From an uncultured Omnitrophica bacterium (GTDB lineage Bacteria; Omnitrophota; Gorgyraeia; JACQQV01), in NCBI GenBank assembly GCA_947085655.1, contig CAMTXH010000011.1:1515-65514 (forward strand): a stretch of 64,000 nucleotides of DNA. Direction: 5' to 3'. The position numbers and the translations under genes are program-made. Positions 42,945 to 52,357 of this stretch are shown here, piece after piece. Every line of letters begins with the position of its first letter. The first letter of the stretch is position 1. The notes beneath the pieces are model-generated. The model ran no database searches. It saw only the letters and a program-made list of their open reading frames with translations, and had not been told where the DNA came from.

Positions 42945-45326
42945 ATGCAATACGGACACTTTTCTAAAAACGGGAAGGAATTCATCATCACGCGGCCGGA
43001 TACGCCGAAGCCGTGGTTTAATTATCTTTTCAACGACCTTTACCATGCCCTCGTCTCCCAGACCGGCGGCGGCTACAGTTACCACGACGACCCGAAATCA
43101 AACCGGATTCTCCGGTATGAACATATCCAGACCGACCGGCCGGGCCGTTACATCTATGTCCGGGATGAAGAGGACAAATCCTATTGGTCGCTGAACTGGC
43201 AGCCGGTCCGCGAGACACCCGATTTCTGGGAAACCCGCCACGGGCTCGGCTATTCGATTCTCACCTCCCGCACCCACGGCATCGAGGGGAAAATCACCTA
43301 CCTCGTCTCCCAGAAAAGTCCCGTCGAAATCTGGCAGGTCCGGGTGAAGAACTTAAGCAAGCGCCGGAGGAAGTTGAAACTCTATCCCTTCGTGGAATTT
43401 GTCTCCGGGGATATCGAACTGGAGACCTGCTACCGGAACATCCTCTCCCTCTACAACGAGGCCCACTTTGATGAGAAAACGAGGGCGATTATCGCGAGGA
43501 AATATCCCTTCAGGCGGGGGATGCCGGAGTGGTTCAATTTCTTCGGGACGAGCGCCAAAATTTCCGGCTATGAGACCTCCAAGGAAAGTTTTATCGGCCG
43601 CTACAACGACTACGGCACGCCGCAGGAGATCCGCGAGGGGAAACTCCGGAATCAGGATTCTCGCGGGGAGGATATGATCGGCGTTTTCGAGATCCGGGCG
43701 GAGTTGGAACCGAAGGAGGAAATCTCGTTTGTAGTCTGCCTCGGGTTTGCAACCAGTCTCCAGGAAGCGGGGGCCTGCCTCCGGAAATACCGGCGTCAAG
43801 AAGTGATTGAAGAAGAACTTCTTGAAATCAAAAGTTACTGGGATGGTGTGGTCGGCCGGATCCGCGTCCATACCCCGGATCCGCATTTTGACTTGATGAC
43901 GAATATCTGGGGGAAATACCAACTCTTCGCCATCATCCATTCCCGCGGGACATCCAGTTATCACGGGACAGAGGGGGGGCTCGGTTATCGGGATACCGCT
44001 CAGGATTCCGAAGGGCTCCTTTCGCTCCGGCTGGATGCCGCCATGGAAAAAATCGAAAAACTCCTCTATTACCAGTACAACAGCGGTCACGCGGTTTCCG
44101 GCTTTTCCTATTCGGAAGGTTCCTGGGATAAAAACCACCAGGCGGTGGTGACAGGTAAAGCGGATGTGGCGGTCTGGCTCCCCTACACCGTCGTTTCCTA
44201 TATCAAGGAAACGGGGGATGTCGGTTTTCTCAAGAAAAAATACCGGTTTCATGACGGCGGCGATGCGACGGTCTATGAGCATATCAAACGGGCGGTCCGG
44301 TATCTCTTCCAGAACCGCGGAAGCCACGGTCTTCCGCTCATCCGGAAGGCGGACTGGAACGATGCGTACGACCATGTCGGTATCGGCGGCAAAGGGGAGA
44401 GTGTCTGGCTTGCGATGGCGCTGGCGCGCGCCTGCCGCCAGATGGAATCCCTCGCCCACTTTTTGAAAGACAGGAAGACCGAACTGGAGATGCGGAAGAA
44501 ATTCGAGACGATGCGCCAGGTCGTCAACCGGGCCGGATGGGATGGGGGATGGTATCTGGCTGCCTTCAACGACGAAGGATACCGGATCGGCTCCGCCAAA
44601 AATGAAGAAGGCAAGGTTCCCCTCAACAGCCAGACGTGGGCGATTTTGGGTGAAGTGGTTCCTCCGGACCGCCGGAAAAAAATTCTCAAACTCATCGATG
44701 AATATCTGGATACCGAGTACGGTCCAGCCCTTTTCCTCCCGAGTTATACCCGGTTCCACCCAGGCATCGGGCGCGTGACCGCCTTTGCAGAAGGGACCAA
44801 GGAAAATGCCGCCGTCTTTTCCCATGCCTGTGCTTTCAAGGTGGTGGCCGATTGTCTGTTGGGCCGGGGGGACAAGGCCTACGAGACCTTTACCAAACTT
44901 CTTCCCATGAACAATTCGAAAAATAACCACATTCAATACACGGCCGAACCGTATGTGTGGGCGGAGTATGTCATCGGTCCCGGCTCCCGGTATAAATTCG
45001 GCGAGGGGAATTTCACCTGGAACACCGGAACGACACCGTGGATGTTCCTGGCGGCGACCGAGTGGATTTTAGGGGTCCGTCGGGAATTCGAAGGTCTTTT
45101 AATCGATCCCTGTCTGCCCCGCCACTGGAAAAAGGCCTCCATCCGGCGGCCCTTCCGGGGAGCGGTTTACGAAGTCACCCTCGAGAATCCGGAAGGGGTT
45201 GAAAAAGGGGTAAAGAAAATCATTCTCGACGGAAAACTATTCCACGGCACACTCATTCCCCCGCACGGCGACGGCAAGACCCACCATGTGCGGGTCATTA
45301 TGGGAACGCGCCGCGCGAAACGGTAG
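42945..45326 (+). CDS. GH94-family glycoside phosphorylase (cellobiose/chitobiose/laminaribiose-phosphorylase-like)
   Basis: Start reset to the ATG at 42945. N-terminus 'MQYGHFSKNGKEFIITRPDTPKPWFNYLFN' is highly characteristic of GH94. Catalytic region 'ADWNDAYDHVG'. 793 aa. Confidence 0.85.
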   Translation: MQYGHFSKNGKEFIITRPDTPKPWFNYLFNDLYHALVSQTGGGYSYHDDPKSNRILRYEHIQTDRPGRYIYVRDEEDKSYWSLNWQPVRETPDFWETRHGLGYSILTSRTHGIEGKITYLVSQKSPVEIWQVRVKNLSKRRRKLKLYPFVEFVSGDIELETCYRNILSLYNEAHFDEKTRAIIARKYPFRRGMPEWFNFFGTSAKISGYETSKESFIGRYNDYGTPQEIREGKLRNQDSRGEDMIGVFEIRAELEPKEEISFVVCLGFATSLQEAGACLRKYRRQEVIEEELLEIKSYWDGVVGRIRVHTPDPHFDLMTNIWGKYQLFAIIHSRGTSSYHGTEGGLGYRDTAQDSEGLLSLRLDAAMEKIEKLLYYQYNSGHAVSGFSYSEGSWDKNHQAVVTGKADVAVWLPYTVVSYIKETGDVGFLKKKYRFHDGGDATVYEHIKRAVRYLFQNRGSHGLPLIRKADWNDAYDHVGIGGKGESVWLAMALARACRQMESLAHFLKDRKTELEMRKKFETMRQVVNRAGWDGGWYLAAFNDEGYRIGSAKNEEGKVPLNSQTWAILGEVVPPDRRKKILKLIDEYLDTEYGPALFLPSYTRFHPGIGRVTAFAEGTKENAAVFSHACAFKVVADCLLGRGDKAYETFTKLLPMNNSKNNHIQYTAEPYVWAEYVIGPGSRYKFGEGNFTWNTGTTPWMFLAATEWILGVRREFEGLLIDPCLPRHWKKASIRRPFRGAVYEVTLENPEGVEKGVKKIILDGKLFHGTLIPPHGDGKTHHVRVIMGTRRAKR

Positions 45327-45335
45327 GAGGCAAAA

Positions 45336-46604
45336 ATGGAAGAGCTCCTTTCTGGGGATTTGGAAGCATTGAAGCGCCGGAATAAAAGTCTGGTTCTCTC
45401 CATTATCCATCAAAAGGGACCGATTTCCCGCGCGGAACTGACGCGGCTGACCCAGCTCAGCAAGGTCACGATTACACGGCTTGTGAAGGAACTTCTGGAA
45501 GAGGAGATGGTTCGCGAAACCGGGCTCGACGTCTCAAGCGGCGGCCGGCGGCCGATTCTCCTTGAACTCCATCCGGAATCCGGCTTTGTCATCGGGGTGG
45601 AAGTCGGACTTGAGTCGATCTGCGGCGGGATTGCGAACCTCAAGGGCGAGATCCTCATGGGGGTGAAACAGAAAAGCAAGGTCTTTGCCAACCGGGAGGA
45701 ACTCGTTCAGAAGATCAAGGGGGTGATCGATGAACTCCTTGAGAAATGCGACATCCGTTCCGATATCCGGCCCGAAAAAATCAAGGGGATCGGTGTTTCC
45801 ATTCCCGGTCTCATTGACAATGAGAAGGGCGTGATTCTGTTCGGCCACGTGGTGGATGAGAAAAATATCCCGGTCCGGGAACTGCTGAAGGCCCATTTTA
45901 CCTATCCGATTTACATTGATAACGACGCCAATGTGGGGATCCTCGGGGAGCGCTATGTCGGCGTGGGGCGCGATGTGCACAATATTTTGTATATCCACAT
46001 CAAACGATACGCCGAAGACCGGATGAGTCTCGGGTGCAGTTTTGTGATCAACGGGCAGATTTACCGGGGGGCAAGCCGGACCTCCGGCGAACTCGGGATC
46101 CGGCTGGTCGGGAAAAAAGATACCGCAGGTCTCAAGGAGACGGATTGGGTCGGTTACGAACCGTGGCTCATCGACCCCTCCATTGCGGAGCAGGCGGTTC
46201 AGCGGATTGTGGCGGGCGGGACGAGTCTTTTGAAAAAGATGGTGAACGACAACCTGGGCGCGATTACCGTCGACACCGTCATTGATGCGGCCCAGAAGGG
46301 GGATCGCTTGTCTTTGGATGTGCTGGAAGAAGTGGCTAAACGGCTCGGCGTCCGGGTCGCCTTTTTGGTGAATTTCCTGAACCCGGAACTGGTCGTGTTG
46401 GGAGGAGATCTTGTCCACGCAGGAGACCCTTTCCTGAAACCGCTCCGCGAGACCATCGGGAATTTTGCGTTTGAATCCCCCGCCCAGACCGTCACCGTGA
46501 AATTTTCAGACCTTCGCGGAGAATTCGGGGGCTGCGTCGGCGCCAGTTTCCTCGTCCTCTCCAATTTGTTCAGCCCTGCCGGTCTTGTCACCCAAAAAGA
46601 GTAG
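45336..46604 (+). CDS. ROK-family transcriptional regulator (second paralog)
   Basis: N-terminal wHTH 'ISRAELTRLTQLSKVTITRLV'. 'GIGVSIPGLIDNEKG' and 'IDNDANVGILGE'. Confidence 0.85.
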   Translation: MEELLSGDLEALKRRNKSLVLSIIHQKGPISRAELTRLTQLSKVTITRLVKELLEEEMVRETGLDVSSGGRRPILLELHPESGFVIGVEVGLESICGGIANLKGEILMGVKQKSKVFANREELVQKIKGVIDELLEKCDIRSDIRPEKIKGIGVSIPGLIDNEKGVILFGHVVDEKNIPVRELLKAHFTYPIYIDNDANVGILGERYVGVGRDVHNILYIHIKRYAEDRMSLGCSFVINGQIYRGASRTSGELGIRLVGKKDTAGLKETDWVGYEPWLIDPSIAEQAVQRIVAGGTSLLKKMVNDNLGAITVDTVIDAAQKGDRLSLDVLEEVAKRLGVRVAFLVNFLNPELVVLGGDLVHAGDPFLKPLRETIGNFAFESPAQTVTVKFSDLRGEFGGCVGASFLVLSNLFSPAGLVTQKE

Positions 46605-47402
46605 ACGCTTTATATAACATATTATATTCTAAAATATTAGAAATAAATATAGACGTCCTGCCCAAGATTTGTTATATATAAACCTATGCCTTCTGTGCCA
46701 AGAACTCACCAGCTAGAACTATCTCTTTTCTATCACGTGATGAATCGAGGAAATTATCGTGCCGAAATTTTTCACGGAGAGAAAGATTATTTATACTTTC
46801 TCAAAATCCTCCAAGACTATTCGAGAGAAAATAGTATTTTTGTCTATCACTGGGCACTCATGCCAACTCATTACCATCTGCTTTTGGAAATCAATGAACC
46901 GCCGAAACTATCCAAAATTATGGCAGGGATTGCGCGATCCTATGTCCATTACCATCATCGTACGTATGAAAGCGCTGGTCATCTCTGGCAGGGACGTTTC
47001 AAATCTCAACCTATTCAGAAGGAGAGATACCTTTTATCATGTGGTAGATACATTGAAAGGAATCCTGTCAAAGCTGGCCTTGCGCAGCACCCCGAAGACT
47101 ATCCCTATAGTAGTGCGCGATACTATATTCACCACGAGCAAGACAACCTTACTACGAAGGACCCTCTCATCGAGACGTTTGGCAGGGATGCCGAAGAACA
47201 AACAAAAGGATACAAGACGTTTCTTGGGAATTTTGACACTCAGGAAGAAAATCAGTTTGAACGGTTTGAATTTCCTTTAGGCTCTCCAGAATTTAGACAC
47301 AAGCTATTGAGAGAAAAAGGTCTTTTTGTGCCAAAAAGAAGGATAGGCAGGCCGAAGGTTAACGCTAGAATTTAAGATTTATTTGTAACACATTTTAAAA
47401 AA
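46605..47402 (+). mobile_element. IS200/RAYT-like insertion island (transposase gene plus AT-rich flanks)
   Basis: About 800-bp segment with GC far below the about 60% of its neighbours. Flanking AT-rich sequences contain the short inverted repeat TATATAACA / TGTTATATA. Carries an HuH transposase. Confidence 0.6.
46686..47375 (+). CDS. IS200/IS605-family HuH tyrosine transposase, RAYT-like
   Basis: HuH motif 'HWALMPTHYHLLLEI'. Catalytic Tyr region 'YPYSSARYYI'. The gene is markedly AT-rich relative to its surroundings. Confidence 0.8.
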   Translation: MPSVPRTHQLELSLFYHVMNRGNYRAEIFHGEKDYLYFLKILQDYSRENSIFVYHWALMPTHYHLLLEINEPPKLSKIMAGIARSYVHYHHRTYESAGHLWQGRFKSQPIQKERYLLSCGRYIERNPVKAGLAQHPEDYPYSSARYYIHHEQDNLTTKDPLIETFGRDAEEQTKGYKTFLGNFDTQEENQFERFEFPLGSPEFRHKLLREKGLFVPKRRIGRPKVNARI

Positions 47403-48752
47403 ATGGGATACGTAAAGCGTCTACTGCGAGAGGGAAAGCTCCGGGTGAGCATTTCAGGGATCCGGGGGATTGTCGGAACTTCTTTCACAGACACCCTCGT
47501 CGGTGAGTTTGCCTCCGCCTTTGCCCGTCTTGTCCGTTGCGGGAAGGTGTTGGTGGCGCAGGATACCCGCCCGAGCGGCCGTCACTTCCGCCGCATCGTC
47601 ATCCGGCGGCTTCGGGAGATGGGCTCTCCCGTTTTGGATATCGGCATCTGTCCGACGCCGACTGTCCTCATGTCCGTCCGCTCTTTAAGGACGCGGGGGG
47701 CCGTCATTGTGACCGCAAGCCACAATCCTTCCGGATGGAATGGGCTCAAGTTCGTCGGATCTGACGGGCAGTTTTTGGACCAGAAACAAATGGATAAACT
47801 CGTCCGCCTCCGCTTGCAGAAAAAATTCCCCAAATCCCGCCGAAAGGGAACGCTCACCCGGAATCCATCAGCCGTCTCGGATCATCTGAAACAGATTCTC
47901 CGTCACCTGGATGTTGCAACCATCCGGCGCCGCCGGTTTCGCATCGCGATCGATCCTTGTAACGGCACCGGTGCCGTCGCCACAGAGCGCTTTCTGAAAT
48001 CACTCGGTTGCCGGGTCTTTGTCATCAACGGAAGGCCGGACGGCCGGTTCACCCATCCGCCGGAGCCGACCCCGGCGCATCTGGAACAACTTTCCCGTCT
48101 TGTAAAAAGGAAAAAAGCGGATATCGGTTTTGCCCAGGACCCGGATGCGGACCGGCTTGGGATTGTGACGGACAAAGGGGAACCCTTGAGCGGAGAATAC
48201 ACCCTTGCGCTCGCCATCCAACGGATTCTTTCCCAACGGAAGACGCCCATTGTGGTGAATCTTTCTACCTCCCGGATGGTGGGGGATCTTGCCGGACGCT
48301 TCGGGCGAAAAGTCTATTACACCAAGATCGGGGAGCACCACGTTGTTCAGAAGATTAAAAAGATAAACGCGGCGATCGGGGGAGAGGGAAACGGCGGGGT
48401 GATTTATCCGAAAATCAACCCGGCCCGGGACAGTTTTGTCGGAATCGGCCTGATTTTGGAACTCCTTTCCCACATCCACCGGCCCGTTTCCGCATTGGTT
48501 CAAGCACTTCCCCGATATGTGATGATTCAGAGAAAACTTTCTCTCTCGCAGGATGGCGCAGGGATCCTCCTCAAACGGCTTGCCAAGCGGCTACCGGGAG
48601 GGAGGATCACCCGCTTAGACGGGGTCCGGATTGACCTGAAAGAAGGGTGGATCCATGCCCGCCCTTCCAATACCGAGCCGATCCTCCGCCTGATTGCGGA
48701 AGCCCCCACCAAAAGGGAGGCCGAACGCCTCCTCCGCCGCGCCCTTCCGTAG
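47403..48752 (+). CDS. phosphomannomutase/phosphoglucomutase (alpha-D-phosphohexomutase)
   Basis: Active-site Ser loop 'TASHNPSGWNGLKF'. Metal-binding 'DPDADRLG'. Sugar-binding 'GGEGNGGVIY'. Confidence 0.85.
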   Translation: MGYVKRLLREGKLRVSISGIRGIVGTSFTDTLVGEFASAFARLVRCGKVLVAQDTRPSGRHFRRIVIRRLREMGSPVLDIGICPTPTVLMSVRSLRTRGAVIVTASHNPSGWNGLKFVGSDGQFLDQKQMDKLVRLRLQKKFPKSRRKGTLTRNPSAVSDHLKQILRHLDVATIRRRRFRIAIDPCNGTGAVATERFLKSLGCRVFVINGRPDGRFTHPPEPTPAHLEQLSRLVKRKKADIGFAQDPDADRLGIVTDKGEPLSGEYTLALAIQRILSQRKTPIVVNLSTSRMVGDLAGRFGRKVYYTKIGEHHVVQKIKKINAAIGGEGNGGVIYPKINPARDSFVGIGLILELLSHIHRPVSALVQALPRYVMIQRKLSLSQDGAGILLKRLAKRLPGGRITRLDGVRIDLKEGWIHARPSNTEPILRLIAEAPTKREAERLLRRALP

Positions 48753-48804
48753 AACCGTATCAAGACCATATCAAAAGCGACTTAACTTATTGTAAAGCAA
48801 TTAG

Positions 48805-48833
48805 TTGACAAAATTGTCGAGATGTGTTATACT
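48805..48833 (+). promoter_or_regulatory. sigma70-type promoter (TTGACA-17 bp-TATACT) upstream of the efflux operon
   Basis: Perfect -35 and near-perfect -10 with a 17-bp spacer, 22 bp upstream of the ATG at 48856. Confidence 0.6.
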
Positions 48834-48855
48834 ATCCCCGTTTCATAGGACATCC

Positions 48856-51162
48856 ATGTCCAAAATCTCCCTTAAGGTCCTTTTAGCCGCCATAGGTACT
48901 TTTTTCCTCCTGACCAGCCCGGTTTGGGGGGATGGCCCATTAGACACTTCGTTGCTAACGGGGCAGGGCATCATCAAACTGACCGATATCCAAGTCCAGG
49001 AATTCGGCCGGATCTCCCAGGTCACACTTAAAACCACCGCCCCCGTAGACATTCTTGACTTCAAACTGGCCAATCCTCCCCGCGTGGTGGTCGATATGGT
49101 CGGGGGGAATATCTACAGTCTTGCCACCGAGCGGCTCCTTTTTGAAAGGGGCGCGGTGAAGGAGATCCGGAGCGCCCTCTTCCGGAAAGGCCCTGACGAT
49201 GCCTATCCGGGCCGGAAGGTTGATTCGGTCACGGTGGAACTCCGTTCGGATGCCAAATACCGGGTGGACCGGCGGGAGGGAGGAATCGTGATCGAGGTGG
49301 AGACTGGGGAGGGGCTTGAGGCCTTTTTGACCCCGCGGCCCGAACCGCCCCCTCTTTCCCTTTTTCTCCAGAGTCTTCCGAACGAAAAAAAGAGTTCGGA
49401 AGAGACGATGGCCGGAATCAGCAAGGAAATCTGGCAGCCGGATCCGAAAGTGATCGAGCCGCTGCCGGATATCTCTGTTTTATCCCTTGAAGAATGCGTT
49501 CAGATCGGTCTTGCCAATAACGGCCCCCTATCCCTCGTTAAAGAAGAGACCCGTCTTGCCCGCGCCCGGGTCATTGAAGCCCAGCGGGGCCTTTATCCGA
49601 CCGCCTCTTTAAAGTGGGCCGAGACGCGCGGAGAAGCAGGGCTCACAACCGCCGATTTTACCGGACGGGAATTCGCGCTGGAGGCGCAGCAACTCATCTT
49701 TGACGGCGGGAAGGCGGTCGCCCTCTACAAACAGGCGGAAGTCAACTACGAAGTCAGCCAGGCGACCCATGACCGGCTCCTCGCCGACACTCGTTATGAT
49801 GTGACCCAGGCCTATTATCAACTTGCCCGCCACAAACATGCCGTCGGGATCTACCGGGAAATCGTCGAGAAGACGAGGGCGGATCTGGAACGGAACCGCC
49901 GTCGGTACGATGTGGGGCTCAATCGGCGTCTTGATTTATTGGCGGTTGAATCGCAGTATCAGGATCTCATCCACCAAACGAAGGCGGTGGAGCGGGATCT
50001 GGAACTGGCGCGTCTTGCCCTCGGGCAGGCGATGAGTCTTCCCCCGACCGAAAAAGTGGATATCGTCGCCGACCTCGCCTACGAAGACATCGAAGTCGAT
50101 CTGAAAAGCGCGCTTCACCTTGCCCTTGCCAACCGCCCCGAGATTGAAGTGGGGGAACTGTTGGTCCAATTCAACCAGTACGGGAAGGAGGTGGCCGACA
50201 GTCAGGATAAATTTCAGATGAACCTCAGCGGCTCCCTCGGAAAACGCTCCGAGGTGTTTGAGGTCGAAGAAAAAGAGCTTCAGACCGAATGGTTTTTGGG
50301 CTTGAGCGTTTCCCATCCGTGGGGAAAGAATACCGTCACGTCCGAAACGATCCTGCAAGACCGCGCTCCGGCCGTCGGTCAGTTCACCAGTTCAAAATTC
50401 CAAAGCCATACCTTCCGCGTCTCCCTCTACGACCGGCTTGAGTCGGGAAAAGTTGAGGCCTCGCTCCGGCTGGAAGAGGCGATTGAAGAATTGGAACGGA
50501 CAAGACGGGTCGTGACCTACGAAACCCAGCAATCCTATTACGATTATCTCCGGGCGCTTGAGCGGGTCCAGACGACGGCGCTGGATGTGGCGCTTGCGGA
50601 TGAGACCGAGAGAGTCGTCCGGGCCCAGACCGTCTTGGATGAAGCAAAGATCCAGGAGTTGTTTGACGTGGCCTCCCGCCTCCTTCAGGTCAAATCCTCC
50701 CATCTGGAGGCGCTGGCCACCTATCATACCTCTGTCGCGGGGATGAACCGCGCCATCGGCATCGATGGGTACTTCCGTTCCAAGGAAGCCAAGATCACGG
50801 AACGTCCGCTTACCAAGGAAGTCCGGCATCTTCTCCGGGGTCGGGATGAATTGTGGGGGGTCGCTTTCGAAGAAGGAAAGGCGGAGCCAGGAACGGCGCA
50901 CGTGATCTACGTGAGTCCCAAAAACGACTTTGTCATTATCAACCGGGGCAACAATGCGAATGTGCGGGAGGGGATGGTTTTTACCCTGATGCGGGACGGC
51001 AAGGAGATGGCGGAGGTGAAGGCGATCCGGATCGCCGAGAAAGCGGCGGCCTGTGAAATCGTCGCAACCCGAACCATCCACCCGGTCCAGGTTTGGGATG
51101 AAGTCCAGCCGAGGAGACTCTATGGCGTTCAAAGAATCGCTGAAGAAACTCCGAGAGAATAA
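48856..51162 (+). CDS. outer-membrane efflux protein (TolC-like) with N-terminal AMIN-like domain and an extra about 60-aa C-terminal domain
   Basis: Start reset to the ATG at 48856, downstream of a perfect sigma70 promoter. Signal peptide. AMIN-like 'PRVVVDMVGG'. Two OEP repeats. C-terminal module 'DFVIINRGNNANVREGMVFTLMRDGKEMAEVKAIRIAEKAAACEIV'. Confidence 0.75.
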   Translation: MSKISLKVLLAAIGTFFLLTSPVWGDGPLDTSLLTGQGIIKLTDIQVQEFGRISQVTLKTTAPVDILDFKLANPPRVVVDMVGGNIYSLATERLLFERGAVKEIRSALFRKGPDDAYPGRKVDSVTVELRSDAKYRVDRREGGIVIEVETGEGLEAFLTPRPEPPPLSLFLQSLPNEKKSSEETMAGISKEIWQPDPKVIEPLPDISVLSLEECVQIGLANNGPLSLVKEETRLARARVIEAQRGLYPTASLKWAETRGEAGLTTADFTGREFALEAQQLIFDGGKAVALYKQAEVNYEVSQATHDRLLADTRYDVTQAYYQLARHKHAVGIYREIVEKTRADLERNRRRYDVGLNRRLDLLAVESQYQDLIHQTKAVERDLELARLALGQAMSLPPTEKVDIVADLAYEDIEVDLKSALHLALANRPEIEVGELLVQFNQYGKEVADSQDKFQMNLSGSLGKRSEVFEVEEKELQTEWFLGLSVSHPWGKNTVTSETILQDRAPAVGQFTSSKFQSHTFRVSLYDRLESGKVEASLRLEEAIEELERTRRVVTYETQQSYYDYLRALERVQTTALDVALADETERVVRAQTVLDEAKIQELFDVASRLLQVKSSHLEALATYHTSVAGMNRAIGIDGYFRSKEAKITERPLTKEVRHLLRGRDELWGVAFEEGKAEPGTAHVIYVSPKNDFVIINRGNNANVREGMVFTLMRDGKEMAEVKAIRIAEKAAACEIVATRTIHPVQVWDEVQPRRLYGVQRIAEETPRE

Positions 51163-52348
51163 GAATTTTTGGAAGATTTTCAGGTCCGTCGGGATTTTCT
51201 GCATCGTGGCGGCGCTCGGAATTTATCTGACCCCTCAGCTGAAAAAGTGGCGGGAGAAAATCACCCAGGCGCGGCTGGAGACCCAGCGGAAGGAGCAGGA
51301 GGAGCAGGAGCGCCGCGCAGGTCGCGAGCGGAAACTTCCGGTCCGGACGTATAAAATCTCGCGGCAGGATTTCAAGGATACCCTTCCGGTTCTCGGCGCG
51401 GTAAAGGGAATGACGGAGCTGGACCTGAAGTTCCCGATTTCGGGGACGGTGGCGAGCATCAACTTCAAGGAAGGAGAACTGGTCAAAAAAGGCGAGGTGA
51501 TTACTACCCTCGATCAGCGGGATGCCCTTTTAAAGGTGAGTTACAACGAATCCCGTCTCAAATCGGCGGAGACCGCGCTTGAGGCGGCCCAGAAAAAACT
51601 CGAAATCCATGAGGATCTTTACCGGATCAATGCCATTATTGAACCGCGTCTCCAGGAAATCCGTCTGGAGAGGGACAGTGCCCGGCATCAGATGGAGACG
51701 GTTCGCGCCGAACTCGATTCCGCCCGTTCCGAGCTGGACAAAACCCTCCTCTACGCTTCGCAGGACGGTGTCATCGGGGCGCGGGATATCGAGGTGGGGG
51801 AATTTGTAACGCCGAATGACCGGGTGTTCACATTGGTCGACATCCAGGAAGTCCATATCGACGTCGGGATTATTGAGCGGGACATCAACAAAGTTGCCCT
51901 CGGGCAGGGGGCCTCGGTCCGCGTGGATGCGTATCCGCGGGAGGAATTCTGGGGGGTCATCGACAATATCTTTCCGATTGTGGAAGGGGGCTCCCGGACC
52001 CTCACCGCCAAGGTCCGCGTACCAAACGACAAGGAAACGGGTCTCCTCCTCCCAGGGATGTTTGCCCGCGTGCAGGTGAATCTGGCCGAGTTTGAAAAGG
52101 CGATTATTGTCCCGAGTGTGAGCGTGAACGACTTAGACCGCGATGGGACCTTCGAAAGTGTCTATGTGATTGATGCAGAAGATGTGGCGCACGTCCGGCC
52201 GGTGAAAGTCCTTTATGACAAATCCACCGACTTCTGGGTCATCCAGGAAGGACTCCAGGAAGGGGAACTGGTCGTGGTCGAAGCGCCGGAGTCCCTGAAG
52301 GAAGGGGACAAGGTTCAGGTCATCGAAATCCAGGAAGGAACAACGTAA
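51122..52348 (+). CDS. RND efflux membrane-fusion (periplasmic adaptor, HlyD-like) protein
   Basis: N-terminal TM, long coiled coil, biotin-lipoyl-like 'KKGEVITTLDQRD', beta-barrel. The start is ambiguous (ATG at 51053, 51098 or 51122). Confidence 0.8.
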   Translation: MAFKESLKKLRENKNFWKIFRSVGIFCIVAALGIYLTPQLKKWREKITQARLETQRKEQEEQERRAGRERKLPVRTYKISRQDFKDTLPVLGAVKGMTELDLKFPISGTVASINFKEGELVKKGEVITTLDQRDALLKVSYNESRLKSAETALEAAQKKLEIHEDLYRINAIIEPRLQEIRLERDSARHQMETVRAELDSARSELDKTLLYASQDGVIGARDIEVGEFVTPNDRVFTLVDIQEVHIDVGIIERDINKVALGQGASVRVDAYPREEFWGVIDNIFPIVEGGSRTLTAKVRVPNDKETGLLLPGMFARVQVNLAEFEKAIIVPSVSVNDLDRDGTFESVYVIDAEDVAHVRPVKVLYDKSTDFWVIQEGLQEGELVVVEAPESLKEGDKVQVIEIQEGTT

Positions 52349-52357
52349 GCGTTCCTG

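Noticed and set aside
46605-46685. Possible sigma70 promoter within the AT-rich flank of the transposase gene (TTATAT...TAAAAT)
   Set aside because: The hexamers are poor and the spacing is non-canonical. In such AT-rich DNA, chance matches are expected.
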